Assembly: GCA_050273025.1 (NCBI GenBank)
Contig: CP158635.1
Coordinates: forward strand, 16,120,001 to 16,184,000
Length of the DNA stretch: 64,000 nucleotides
Source of the DNA: Cenococcum geophilum
Lineage: Eukaryota
Reading direction: 5' to 3'
Shown: positions 49,185 through 62,588 of the stretch, piece after piece
Position numbering within the stretch: position 1 is the stretch's first letter
How the letters are laid out: each line of letters begins with the position of its first letter
Program-made: the position numbers and the translations under genes
Notes under the pieces: generated by a model
Database searches by the model: none
Told to the model about the DNA's origin: nothing
What the model saw: the letters and a program-made list of their open reading frames with translations, nothing else

Positions 49185-51161
49185 TTAATTTTTAGAGTTA
49201 AGTCGCTTAATATAAGGTAGCTAGCATTTGTCCTTTCTGCAGAATGGTATTTTATATATACTGCAACCAAAACAAGTCCTTAGTGCACGCCCACGCCTTT
49301 CCCATTCCTTGCTATCGCGAGGTTTCCTTATAGTATTTAGTAATAGGCCCAATAGAGTTTTCTAACAACCTATTTTCTGCACTTAAGTATATCTACCAGC
49401 CTCTATATAAGCTAAGCATTAAGCCTCCTTATCTATTAACTTAGTTAGCTTATACTACACCATAGAGACCTATATAATATCGTCTATAAAGCGTTAAGGA
49501 GGATCTTTGTATATAGGTTCTTTTCGCTTCTAAATTAAGCGTTTAAATCAGGTATTGCAGAGGTTAATTAGAAACTACTTATAGCCGTCTATACAGCTTT
49601 CTTGGCAATTAGTAGGAGTATAGAAAGATAGCAGGAAGTAATTACTAGTTACTATATTAAATGGAAGTGCCATATAGGCTTCCGGGTCTTTTTATAGATC
49701 CTCTATATTATAAAATATAAGCGTCGTTAGTCCGCGATATCTACACCATATATATAGTAATTATAGTAGAAAATAAATGTAGGAATAGGTAATTCTTTCT
49801 TAACTTTATCGCTAAAAACCTTCTAAGTCTATCTAATACTACTAGCGGTAAGTAGAGGACGTTTTTATATAGTAACTTTAGTATAACGACCTAGCGATAT
49901 ATAACATTATTAGATTTTAATCCATATAATTAAGGTGTTTAACTTACCATTATTATAGTACTTATAAAAAGCACTATATTAGCGTATTTTTAAGCGAACT
50001 CTATTACCTAGCTGTCCTTAGAAAGCTTACTATAGAGTTCGTCCTATAGAATTTAACTAGCGTGGGTTAATTTAAGCTCTGCAAGCCTTTAGCTAATTTA
50101 CTTAATAGGTACCTTCTTCTTCTTCTTTTCTCCTTATATAGTTATAGCTGCCTTACCATTATCTTTAGGGTCCCCCTATTCCTCACACTTTGTTTTAGTT
50201 ATTCTAACGGTTCCTACGCCTCTAATACTAACCTCTTAAAGTTGTGTAAGAAGTTTAACGCTTGTAAATAGATTATTAAGCCAAATAATATGCTTTTCTG
50301 GAGGATAAAGGCGCTCCTTAGTCTTATTTATTTAAAGAAGCAGATCTAATACAACTACCTGCGTCTTTAAAACTCTTTCCCCTTCTATAAAGCTTATATC
50401 TAAATTAACTAGGCTTTTTTTTCGCCTTTAGCGTGCCATATAAAGTCTAATATATAGCCTATATTGGCTAAAATATATATTTTAAAGCCTTTTAGAGTTG
50501 GTTTAGATAGAATATTAACGATTTTAGGAGCATGGCCTATAAAGCGCTGGATTATTTTATGGATTCTAGGAGTATAGAGCTTCCTATAAGTAAGCCGGAG
50601 GTGCTTAATAAGCTCGCCAACTTTATTAAATATAGTTTAAGGTATTTTATTGGATTTTAGCTATAGTAGTAAGGCTTAGAAGTGGCGATTAAGCTGCTAA
50701 AATCTCTTAAGCCCAATATATTTTTTAACAATATACTCGCAGCTATATATATCTAAACTCTTCCAGTAGTCCTTAATGCATAATTCTATAGCAATACCTA
50801 TATAAACTAGCACTATAAAGTACGCCTAGAGTTCTTGCTTATATATTGGCTACTATATACGTAGGGGTTCCTTTTCCTTATCTAGCGGGTAAAACTCTAC
50901 ATACTTATTTGTCCACTCTATAAGCATATCTATAATTCTATTTATAAAGAACAGACTAAATAACTTAAAAGAATTATATATATCGACGTTAGGGGGTAGG
51001 TTTAGTAAGCTATAGTCGTCCCAATTATCAATATAAAGAGGTTTGAATTTAGGCAATAGCTAGGGCTTAGGGCAGGGTTTTTTCGCGATTTAATTTAGAG
51101 GAACGTTATGTTAAGTCTTTTAAATAAGGTCTGCATTAATTCTAGCACAATTAGAAGGCAT
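49185..51161 (-). pseudogene. piggyBac-family transposase relic
   Basis: LFSLFF...WTNK; IQRF.G.A..IVNI(P)SKPT..GFKI; HIIWL(D)NLFTSVKLL; GTVR; YN.Y..GVDIAD.RRLY; C-terminal FGCS.(C)KIPFCRKDKC; element ends not identified. Confidence 0.87.
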
Positions 51162-52450
51162 AGTCGTGATATAATTAATTATTAAATTCTATATAGATAT
51201 ACGCGTTGTTTTAATCCTAGTATTTATATATAGACCACTTTCTTTAAAACCTCTACCTATTATGGAATAAGTATAAGTAACAATAATATATAACAAGGTA
51301 GATATTATTAAGCTATATATATAAACTATATAATAAGGTCAAGACATTATATAAGGAAAGAAGGTAAGAAAATAGGAAGAAAAGGTATATATTGTTAACT
51401 TAGTTGCTTAGTTAATATATATATAGAGTAAAATAGGATTTAGGTAGTGGTCTTAGCAGAACTTAGTAGGATTTAGTAAAACTTAGCGGAATATAGCAGA
51501 ATACGGCATATTGCTGTTAGATTACTATAGATTGCGGCAAATTATAGTCTTATAGTTGGTCTTTAATTGCTAAGTTAGTGAGAATAAGTAAATATATATA
51601 AGGTGTTACAGGAGTGTCCTATAATAGTACCCCCACTTTAAACTTAAGCTTTTATAAGATAGGGTTATAATAGTTTTAAGTAGTGTTTCTAAAAGTTTTC
51701 TACGGCTTATATAAGTCCTATAGAGTTAATAGGTTCCTATAAGGGCTTAGTAAAGCTTCTCCATTTTTTAAGGTATATATATTAGTATTTCCGTTTATTA
51801 TACTTATTATTATTAATTTTTTTTAATAAAGTACTCGTTTTCACTATCTATTTTAACTAGTTAGGGAGGGTCCTATATTTGTTTAAGTAGGGCGTCTAAT
51901 ATAGGAGTAGTAGGGCGAAGGACTGATATATAGAATATAGGGTGGATTTTAACAGTATTAAGGAGCTTTAATTAGTAGGTATAAGGAATAATAACCTTTT
52001 CAACCTTATAAGGGCCAGCGTTCTTTTAATTAAGTTTCTTAGTAGGTTGTTTTAGGTTTAGGTTTCTTATATCTAGCTAGATAAAATTACTAATCTAATA
52101 AGCTAGTACTGGGGTTTAGTTTTTATTCGCTATAGCCTTATAAATAAATTAAGCCTATATTATCTTATTAGTAAAGAACTATTATAGTTCCTCTATCTTC
52201 TTTATAAATTTATTTATTTCTATAATTTATAAGGTGTAATAAGTAGGGCAAGGAATATTGCTAAAGGGTTTAAACCCTATTTATAGATATTAGCTATAGT
52301 TAGCTAGGAATAGGGAGACCTTTATAGTTTCTAAAACGGAGTTATTTATAGTAAACATAGTAAATATAAGCCAGTTAATCTAGTTATCCTATAAGTATAA
52401 CGTATATATCTAAATATACTATTCTATTATAGTATTTATATATTCTATTT

Positions 52451-55400
52451 TGTTACGGACGCTTTAAGTACGATGTTATGACTACTAGGAGAGGAGTTAG
52501 AAGCATCTAGTTGGTTAATCGAGGCACGGTCCAGAATGGAGCCGATAGAACTATGTGACGAGGAATGGTAACCAAGGTTACATAACGTGCTATGTATTAA
52601 ACGAGAGGAACGAGAGGAACTTACGTACCTTATATATAAGACGTACTTTACGTATAAGGAGGATTTCTTAGGAGTACGGTTGTGTATTTAAAGGACTATA
52701 GTCCCTACCCAGATAGTTCTTCTCTCTTTATAGTGAATCTTAGAATACAATTAGAGTTAATCTGTTAGGTAACTACTCTACTAGTTATGTTTACGTTGTT
52801 GACTATTCTATACCTACATACCTAGCCTATTGATAAGCCTACCGTAGTATTTCCTATAAGGCTTTATTATATATTTACTACTAAGGTTATAGTAAAAGAA
52901 GTCAAACAACATGCCACTAAAAGTAGCAGCTACGATGGCGTCCACAGTGGCGACTACCTTAGGATCAGGTAATAACACTAGTATAGCAGATACTAACTCG
53001 CAACTAGTTACTGTTAGACAGCTATAGGAAATGGTTAATTAATTAATAGACAATAATAGGATACTTAAAGAAAGGATTAATGGTATCGGAGTAGTTAAGG
53101 TTAAGTTATCCTTAATTAAGCGATTCTTAGGGGAGAAGTTAAAGCTTAAGGGATTCCTTATGTAAATGCACTTTAAGGTTATATAAGAAGGAGTTAAACT
53201 AGGAACGCCTATGGATTAAGTCGCTTACGCAAGATTATTCTTAACGGGAAGGGCACTTAAGTGGTTTAAGCCTTACCTTACGGAGGTATAGGAATACGGC
53301 ATAACGACTACTAACTAAGAGGTATAGTATATATTCTTAAGTTGGAACGGGTTTGTAGAATAATTAACGTAAATATTTAGAGACCTGGAGGTAACTACTA
53401 CGGTAGAAAGAAAGCTTTAAAACCTAGTATAGAGAACTTTAGCAATTAAGTATATAATATAGTTTCAAACGTTGGTAATATAAGTTAAATGGAACAATAA
53501 AGCGCTTATGGCATAGTATAAATAGGGACTTAAAGCAAAAGTCTAGGACGTAATTATCCTAATAGAAGATGCGGATACTCTTAGGGATTTAATTAATTAA
53601 GCAATTAAGATTAATAATAGGATCTACCAACGAGAGTAGACTAAGAAGGGTTAGGATAGAGTTCTATAGTCGTATAAGGTATAGGGCACGTAATAATAAA
53701 GTTAAAGTTAGAAATTATGGTATGGCGCAGAGCTAATAGACCTAAGTGGTACTAAAGATAAAATAAACGACTATAGAAACCTAGAGGATAAGGATTAAGT
53801 AATTAAAGGTCTAAGGAGTAGAGGCTAAACCAGGGATCTTAGTAGTAGAAGACATTTAGGCGGACTCCATAATAAGAAAAATGGTTTAAAGAAGGAGCTT
53901 ATATAAATTGCGGAAAATAGGATTACTATGTTAAAGACTGTAAAAGTAGTTAGAGTTACTATGTAGTAAAAGGAATAAGATTAGCAGAAGACACACACGT
54001 ATAGAGGAATAATAGTGTACTACGAGGAATAAAAGAGTATTTAATTAACAGTTTCGCGTTTTATTATAATAACATATGCCGAATTTATAAGGACGCTAAG
54101 TACGGCGTAAGCTATTAGCCATAAGAGCCAAAATTAGTAGAGTTTAGAGGAACTAATAAACTAGTTCGCAGATTGGATATTAAGGACAATAAATTTAACG
54201 TAGGCGAAATATTCTATGACAATAAGGTAATAAAGGCAGCTTACTAGGAGCATGTAAACCTTAGAGATGTTATATAAGAGGTAGAGGATGATTCTACTAC
54301 AGAATAGGGAATATTAGTAGGGATTATGTAACCGACTACCGGACCTTGCATATTACCCTGTTTCACCTGCGTCAGCACTACCCTCGTATGTCTCAGATAC
54401 GTTGGAAATGAGTCATGGGCTTCGGAGTTAGGGGTCTACTTTCATGTATTTATACCACTTGATTTCCATAGATTTACAATCAAGTCGCTCGTTCAATTCC
54501 CACACACTGCAAAGCTTACAGATTAAGACCCCACTAGATACGATGTCTATCGCTTCGCGAGACGCAAGAGAAGTAGGACAGCGAGCCACTTCGGCACTTA
54601 ATAAAGGTAAAAGGCCAAAAGCTTAAGACTTTTAAGACGAGATGCGAGACGTTTAAGATTCCTAAGACAGGATAAAATAAGCTTAAGGACCTATAACGGA
54701 CGATAACTGATGGAGCAGAGCAATAGCTTAGTTTAGTGACATACGAATAAGCTTAGGACGAAGTTTCCTAAAGACACAAGACTCTTAAGACGAGATAAGA
54801 ACACTAAAGAAGCCTAATTAAACTAAGGCTGGAGCGAAGCTTAAGATAGAAGCGAGCTTAGGATTAAGAATCCTATAGGACCAAGATTTCTAAACATAAA
54901 TAAGGACTATTAAATAAACTAAGATTAAGAAGCAAGAAGACTTTAAGGATCTATTAGTAAGACGCAAACTAAAAGAAACTATGGAAGAGTTTAGGTAAAG
55001 AATTATTGTATAGCAAGAACAAAAACTAGATAAGCGATCTAGCATATTAGGCCGTATAAGGGATAGAGTACCCATATAAAGAATCACCTATAAGCCTAGA
55101 GTAGGCATACTAAGAGTTAAGTGGCTTACTAAACTAGAAAACGAAGAGGATCTAGGGATCCCTACTAGGTTTAAAGAACGACACATAAAGGGCTGTTACA
55201 ACGCAGTAATAAGAAGATACTTCCTTACGGATAAGCCGTATACACTCTAATAGCTATACTAAAAGTGGTATAGATAGCGACACAATAACAAGTAGGAAGA
55301 TTTCTACATATAGTTGGATAAAAGAGTTATCCAGAACTACCCGATTATAGAAAAGGCCATAACTTATATTAAGGGAGCCTTAATTATAACGTTAAAGGAT

Positions 55401-58400
55401 CTAGAGGAATAATTAGAGGACTAGAGAAGCGAAAGACGTATCTTAGTACCCGCGAATAAAATCATAATATTTAAATTAGCATGATAAAGGTTTAAACTTA
55501 AAGATAAAGATAAGTTAAGAGTTAACCTAAAGCACCTAGCATACTATACGCTATTATAGATTATATGCGTGGACGATATATATAAGATATACAAGAATCC
55601 GAAAGAAAAGAATCGGAAATACCCTATAAGGATATATTGGGCGCTAGATAAGCAACAGTATAGGAATACTAAGTATATATATAGCTGGCATCTAATGGAA
55701 ATTTAAGAGTTAGGAGACTTAATACTTTAACTAAAAAGATTTCTTACGGAAGAATGCTTAGACGGACAATAGTGGTGGGAATGCCCAGAGAATATATATC
55801 TATAGTATATTGAAGATAAAAAGCAAACTAGGTATTAGCTAAAAAGCGAGCCAAGTGTATAAGGATCTAGTAGCTAATAGTTAGGAAAAGTGGAGGCCTA
55901 CGGGACCAGAGGGAGCCAGTAGTAGAGCCTTAGACCCTTAAAGGAATTTAAGGATAACACCTAAATTTACGAGTAAAATGGTAAGATTAGCAGTTTGAAG
56001 CACTAATAGATAGTAGAGTAACGCGAAACCACATCTTACTAGCAGTAGTTAAGAAAATGGGACTACCTTATAAACAGAAGGAGTAACCTTACCTATTAGT
56101 TATGATTTTAGGAGATCCAATAGCCTACAGAGGAGGGATCATTAATCTTAAAATAGGACCTATTTAGATAACCATTAAAGGGAGACAAATTAAGATGTCT
56201 TTTAATATCCTACCATTAGGACGGGATAAGGCAGTATTTAAAATGCCTTAGTTATAGGAATATAATCTAAGGATCGATTAGATTATAGGATAGGTCGATA
56301 TTAAAGATACTTAACGCCGTAAGATGTAATAATAAACCAAGTTAGTATAGTACTAAGTTAGAGTAATATATAAAGAGACTAAGCAAGGCTTAAGTTATAT
56401 ACTAAAGAGATACTATAAGTATGGTAAGAAACTATAGAGCCCAGAAAGTAAAAAGCTAGTAAATTATGCAGCATAGAACTATAAGATAAAGTTGGAACTA
56501 GGAATAAGTCTAAGGTTCTTTCTAACCTATAAGCTTACCGAAGAAGAGTTAAGAGCACTTAAGGAGTTTGTCTAAGAAAACTTACAAAAGGGATATATTA
56601 GACTATTGCAGTTATTAGCGGGATATCTAGTACTGTTTATACTAAAGAAGAATAGAAAACTTAGGCTATGCATTAACTATAGATAGTTAAATAGCATCAC
56701 TCGGAAGGATAGATATCCTTTACCCTTAATTAGCGAAATCTAGGATAGGATAGGTAACGCGCAAATCTTCACGAAGATAGATCTAAGATGGGCGTACCAT
56801 TAAATTAGGATTAAGGAAGGCGATAAATAGAAAGCAGCCTTTAGGTTAAGAGAAGGACTATACAAACTATTAGTTATATAATTCGGGTTAATAAATGCAC
56901 CAGTAACGTTTTAAAAAAGAATTAACAGTGTGTTAGGAGAATATCTTAATAAGTTTGTTATGGTATACCTTAATGATATTATTATCTACTTAATGACTAA
57001 GGAAGAACACGGGGAATACGTTAAATGGGTCTTAAAGAGACTATAAGAAGAATAGATGCTAGTAGCAGTTAAGAAATGCGAGTTCTTTACAAGGAAGACC
57101 GATTTTGTTAGATTTATTATTAAACTAGGTCATATTAGTATGGACCTAAAGAAAATTAAAGCTATAGTGAGTTGGCAAGAACTAGAGAATGTGACACAGT
57201 TAAGGTTATTTTTGGGGTTTTGTAACTACTATAGAAGGTTTATAGTATAATGGTTAAAGAATATTAAACTATTTACTAGGCTTATAAAGAAAGAGGAACT
57301 ATGGGTATGGGGAGATAAATAGAAGAAGTTGTTTAAGGAACTTAAGGAGTTATTTACCCAGGAACTAATCCTTAAAATCTACTAACTAGGACTAGACACG
57401 GTTGTGGAAATAGACGCATTAGACTACGCACTAGGAGCCTGCTTGCTATAGAAGTATAAGGACGTATAGCACCTAGTAGCATACTATAGTAGAAAGATGA
57501 TACCACCAGAATTAAACTATAACGTCTATAATAAGGAATTGTTAGGTATAGTTATAGTACTAAAGGAATAGAGAGCATTCTTATAAGGCGTAGAGAAACT
57601 ATTTATGGTTAAGACAGATTATAAGAACCTAATAGGGTTCCTGACGACAAAAGAACTTAATTAGAGATAGGTTAGATGGGCGGAGATGCTTGCAGAATAC
57701 TATTTTAAGATTTAGTATACTAAGGGTACCGAGAATGCAAGAGTAGACGTACTTAGCAGAAAGGCTAAACTATAAAATAATGAGAAGCTATTAGGAGTAA
57801 TGCTACGCAGAGATAAGGATGGATTTATTAGATATAATTACCCTAAACTGGTAGTAACTTAAGAGGATAACGAACTAGAAAGAGTCTACGAGATACTAAA
57901 GAGCTTTTAGGTATAAAGAATTTTAGAAGTACAGCTAGAAGATCTATAGATGGATATATACGCAAATTAAGAAGTAAAGTATATCCTAAAAAGTATAGCA
58001 GAGTATTTTGTGGAAGACTTCTATAAGGGAATAACTTAAGGACATAACGGAGCAATAAGCTTAGTGTTAAGACTTTAGGAAGAATACATTATTAACGGAA
58101 TCTAGAGCATCGCTAGAAAAGTAATAAAAGAGTATTTAGATTGCTAAAGGAATAAACTAATAAGGTATAAGCTATATGGAGGGCTATAACCTATTAAGAT
58201 ACTAAAGAGACTATAGGAGGTTATATTATAGGACTTTATTGTTAAGTTACTAAAGTTAAGAGATCCTATTACTAGATAAGAGCATAATATAATCTTAGTA
58301 ATAGTAGACAAGTTAACTAAATGGGGCTACTTTATAGCATGCACAGAAGAAATCTTAGCGGAAGATGTCGCTAGAATCTATGTTAAAGAAGTGTTTATAA

Positions 58401-60412
58401 AACATGGAGCACTAAGTAAGATTATATTAGATAGAGATCTAAGATTTATAGCAGTATTTTAGGAGGTATTCTTGGCGGAATAAGGAGTTAGAGCAGTAAC
58501 TTCCACCGCGTATTATCCGCAGACGGATGGTTAAATAGAAAGATTAAATTAGACGCTAGAACAGTATCTAAGACATTATATTAATTACGCATAGAATAAT
58601 TGGGTATTATTATTACTAGTTACATAGTTTATATACAATATAATACTATAAGAAGGAATAGGCACATTACTATTTAAGGTAAATTATGGATATAAGCTAA
58701 GAATATCGTTATTACTATAACAAGTGAAGAAAACGAGTAGCATAGCTAAAGAAAGAATAAAGACGTTAATGAATCTTTATATAGACCTTATGGAATTAGT
58801 AAAGAAAGTATAAGAAAGAATAAAAAGGTACTATAACGCTAAGAGATCTAAGGGACCAGATCTTAAGGAGGGAGATAAAGTGTGGCTACTATATAAAAAT
58901 TTTAAGAGTTAACGACTAAGTAAGAAGTTAGACCACGTTAGACTAGGACCCTTTAAAATTATTTAAAGGATTTTACCGGTTATGTTTAAGTTAAACTTAC
59001 TAGCTAGGATAAAGATCTACCCTATATAGTATATTGCAATACTAGAGCCAGTATACGGGAATGTTAAGTTACTAGTCTATAAAGCAGACACATATAGAGG
59101 ATAAAAGGAAGACAAATGGTAAGTTTCCAAGATTGTTAGTTATAAGGACATTAACGATAAAATATAGTATAAAGTTAAGTGGATAGGCTACGATAAGACT
59201 ACCTGGGAACTACTATAAAATTTAAAGAATGTTATAGGAAAGGTATAGGAGTATTAGAAGAGATTAGGTTAGGTAGTATTAATAAAGAAGGATTATCAAA
59301 AAATAAACTACCTAAGGGGGACCTAAGAAGAGTAGTTGCCGAACTACTTAGATCTGTTTCCTTCTTAGATAGAAGAGAATCTATTCTTTTATTGCTAAGT
59401 TCCTATAAACCTTATTTTATAAGTTTCCACTTCTTAGAACGGACCTTCTTACGAACCTTCTTAAGACGGCGTAACTAAGCGGACGCCACGATGCGGGCCT
59501 TAAGAGCCCTCTACTCTATATTACGAGAACATTCCAAATTAGTAAGGGCTTAAGACAGTTTACTATTTAGCCGCGTAGCAGCAGATTAAATATAAGACCC
59601 TAAGATAAATTAATTAAGGGACTAGACGACTATTAAGGATAATAAAACGCGCATATTTAATATTAGACGTAGAGCGAACGTTATAGGACAAACGAATATT
59701 TGCTTTAGTGCACTCTGAGTAAAAAGATGGTTGTTAGGAGGATGGACTCGCCAACATAATATAAACTAACCCCTCTTTTATATAACGAGAATATAGAGAC
59801 GGTATAATTTTACTAAGCGATAATATTGCAGTAATAGTGCGGGCACGATGTTGGGCGTGTGAAGAAGGAGAGGCTTTAGGTATAATAAGTAACAATATTA
59901 ACTAAATTAATTAGACAGATATTATACCTCTAGTAAATAACCTAGAGATGCTAGGAATCTTTAAGGACGAAGATAAAGAGGAGGGAGATGGTGTTACGGA
60001 CGCTTTAAGTACGATGTTATAACTACTAGGAGAGGAGTTAGAAGCATCTAGTTAGTTAATTAAGGCACGGTCTAGAATGGAGCCGATAGAACTATATGAT
60101 AAGGAATGGTAACTGAGGTTATATAACGTGTTACGTATTAAATGAGAGGAATAAGAGGAACTTACGTACCTTATATATAAGACGTACTTTACGTATAAGG
60201 AGGATTTCTTAGGAGTACGGTTGTGTATTTAAAGGACCACAGTTCCTACCTAGATAGTTCTTCTCTCCTTATAGTGAATCTTAGAATACAATTGGAGTTA
60301 ATCTATTGGGCAACTACTCCACCAGTTGTGTTTATGTTGTTGACTATTCTATACCTATATACCTAGCCTATTGACAAGCCTACCGTAGTATTTCCTACAA
60401 GGCTTTGTTATA
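52451..60412 (+). mobile_element. Gypsy chromovirus family B copy B3 (diverged subfamily), full length
   Basis: 421-bp LTRs 52451-52871 and 59992-60412; TSD TATTT; gag ATG 52911; track ORF 57056-57250 (KKCEFF...LRLFLGFCNYYRRF) is an RT fragment. Confidence 0.95.
54327..54520. mobile_element. Solo LTR of a further family, 194 bp, little or no RIP
   Basis: TGTAA...TTACA termini; TSD GATTA on both sides; absent at the homologous site in B1 and B2. Confidence 0.9.
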
Positions 60413-60970
60413 TATTTAACTATCCGTTTCTAAATAGTAAATAGTAAATAATAGTGCCTTAATATAGAGCTGGGTAGTTAGTTCTTTTTAAAATATAGAG
60501 ATAAACTAGCTGCCTTTATCGGAGATAATTGTTTTAGGGAGTCTATAGAGTTTCTATATATAGTCTAGGAATAGTTAGGCGATAGTAAGTGTTAATATAT
60601 TAGGGTAGGCGATTAAGTATTTTATCTTAAATAGTTGGTCTATAACTACTATAATATTTATATAGCCTTCACGTATAGAGAGATTAATAATAAAGTTAAT
60701 TAAGATATCCTTCTATCTTTGGTTTAGAACTAGTAATAGCTTTAAAAGGCTATTATCTGTCTTATATAAAGCTTTAGCTCGTTAGTAAATATAGCAGCTA
60801 GAGATGTACCCTTATATTATATTATATATATTTAGCTAATAGTACTCCCATTAAAGTAGCTTTAGGGTTTTTTCTTAACCTAGGTAGCTAGCTACTAGTA
60901 GCTTATATACGTATTTAAAGAACTTAAGCTTAAGTTTGTTATAGTTAGGTATAACTAGGCGGTTTTAGTA

Positions 60971-61482
60971 CAGTGATGTGCACGACCAGCTTCACCCCCC
61001 TCCTTTAGCGAGCGCTGCGAAATTTTAAATTCGGTACGCGCATCCAGTCTCGCTTGTAATTGAAGCGAACGGTTGTGGCTACGCGCAAGGACCTTTTTGG
61101 TTGCCCTGGAGAATCGCCCTGGTTGCCCTGGAGATTCGCTTTGGTTGGCCAGGAGAACCAAATTGAAGACGTACGCTTCCTCTACTCCCCTTCTCCCCTG
61201 TAACTATGCCTCCCTTGTGGCCGCCAAAACGCGAATACAATGCTGTCTTTGCAGAGGGGTTGATGAAATTTGGCAGTATCATACGGGTGGTAACCTCACG
61301 ATATTTGATGAAGATCACGACACTGCGGGATCGCGAAGGTTCTTGTAGCCAAGCATACGGCTTCGCTACAATTACTATGTACAGTTGGTAGCAACCAAGC
61401 GAGATTGGATGCGCGTAGCGAATTTAAAAATTTGGAGCCCTCGCCAAAGGGGGGGGGGTGAAGCTGGTCGTGCACATCACTG
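60971..61482. mobile_element. Tc1/mariner-type MITE G, 512 bp, little or no RIP
   Basis: TIRs CAGTGATGTGCACGACCAGCTTCACCCCCC... of ~85 bp; TA TSD; inserted in the pol of family F. Confidence 0.92.
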
Positions 61483-62588
61483 TAGCATAAGCAGCATCCG
61501 CGAGCTTTATATTCGCTTAAAGAGATCCTTTTAAAGCGTCTAACGCTATCTTAAATTAGCTTAAACGTCTCTTAGATAAACTCGTTATTTAAGTATTTAT
61601 TAATAATAATCTATTTAATTAATTAGTTAGTTGTTTTAAGGATATATACTCTAAGATCTTTAATAGGAGGATTAAAGAGTTTAGGGTAAAGTAGGGTCTA
61701 GTTTTAGTAAGAACGCGCTTTTTTTAGTCCTAGCGCGTTTTATAAGCGTTAGGTTAGGGTATTAGGCTTTTAACCTTAAATACCTAGGCGGTATATAATT
61801 AAGAATTAGAAATAAAATAGATATTTTAACTAGTAGGCCTAATAATAACTTGGCTTTTTTATAGTTATAAAGTACTATAAGTTCTTATAGTCGCTAAGGA
61901 CCTTAATTAGAAATCTAGCGCCTTTTAGTTTAGGTTGCTATTATTTAAAATATCTAATAATAGCCAATAATTCCTTATTATAGATCTTATAGTTATATTT
62001 AGCTAAGCTTAGTTATTTAAAGAAGTATACTATAGGGTATAATACTCTATCTTTATTATATTAAGATAGGATGCCTCTAGTAATATAGCTAGATAAATTA
62101 GCTTCTATAACACTTATTTAGTTTAGGTTAAAGTATTAGAGTATAGGTATAGTAGTAAATATAACTTTTAAATAAGTAAAGGCCTTATATTCCTTATTAA
62201 AGATAAAGGCTTTATTCTTTTAGGTTTAAGCTATAAGGGGTAAAACTAAGGCGGGAAAGTTATTAATAAGCTATTAGTAGAAATTAGCAAATCCTATAAA
62301 AGCTCTTACATCCTTAATATTTTTAGGCTATTAAGAATTTATAATTACTTTAACCTTCTTTAGGTCTATTTATATACTATTTATAGAAATAAGGAGTCTA
62401 AGGTATTGAACTTCCGTTTTATAAATTTTATATTTATCTATATCTAATTATAGACTAGCTCCGTATAGTGCTTATAAAATAAGATTAATATATTTCCGGT
62501 ATTTAGTTAGGTTATTACTATATATTAAGATATTGTTAATATAAGTAGTATAGAAGATGTCTAGGTAGGGATATAGGGTATTACTTAT

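Larger units (their letters stand above)
51258..62588 (-). mobile_element. Gypsy chromovirus family F, 3' half (RT end, RNase H, integrase, chromodomain, 3' LTR), interrupted by B3 and MITE G, cut by the Helitron-like element
   Basis: Y(I)(D)(D)ILIYS ~62530; FIGFANFY ~62290; NY.IY(D)KELLAII ~61980; integrase (S)T.Y(H)(P)ETD(G)(Q) split by B3; polypurine tract AAAGTGGGGG 51630-51639; putative LTR 51258-51626 (left end tentative). Confidence 0.82.

Noticed and set aside
13011..58055. Recurrent 'MPILGLLV..' ORFs (13011-13301, 30611-30835, 54890-55087) and other short AT-rich ORFs
   Set aside because: Antisense shadows of the family-B Gag frame or RIP by-products; starts and stops are not conserved and there are no motifs.
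60955..61391. Four overlapping ORFs inside MITE G
   Set aside because: Short, overlapping on both strands, with no transposase motifs; expected by chance in un-RIPed GC-balanced DNA.
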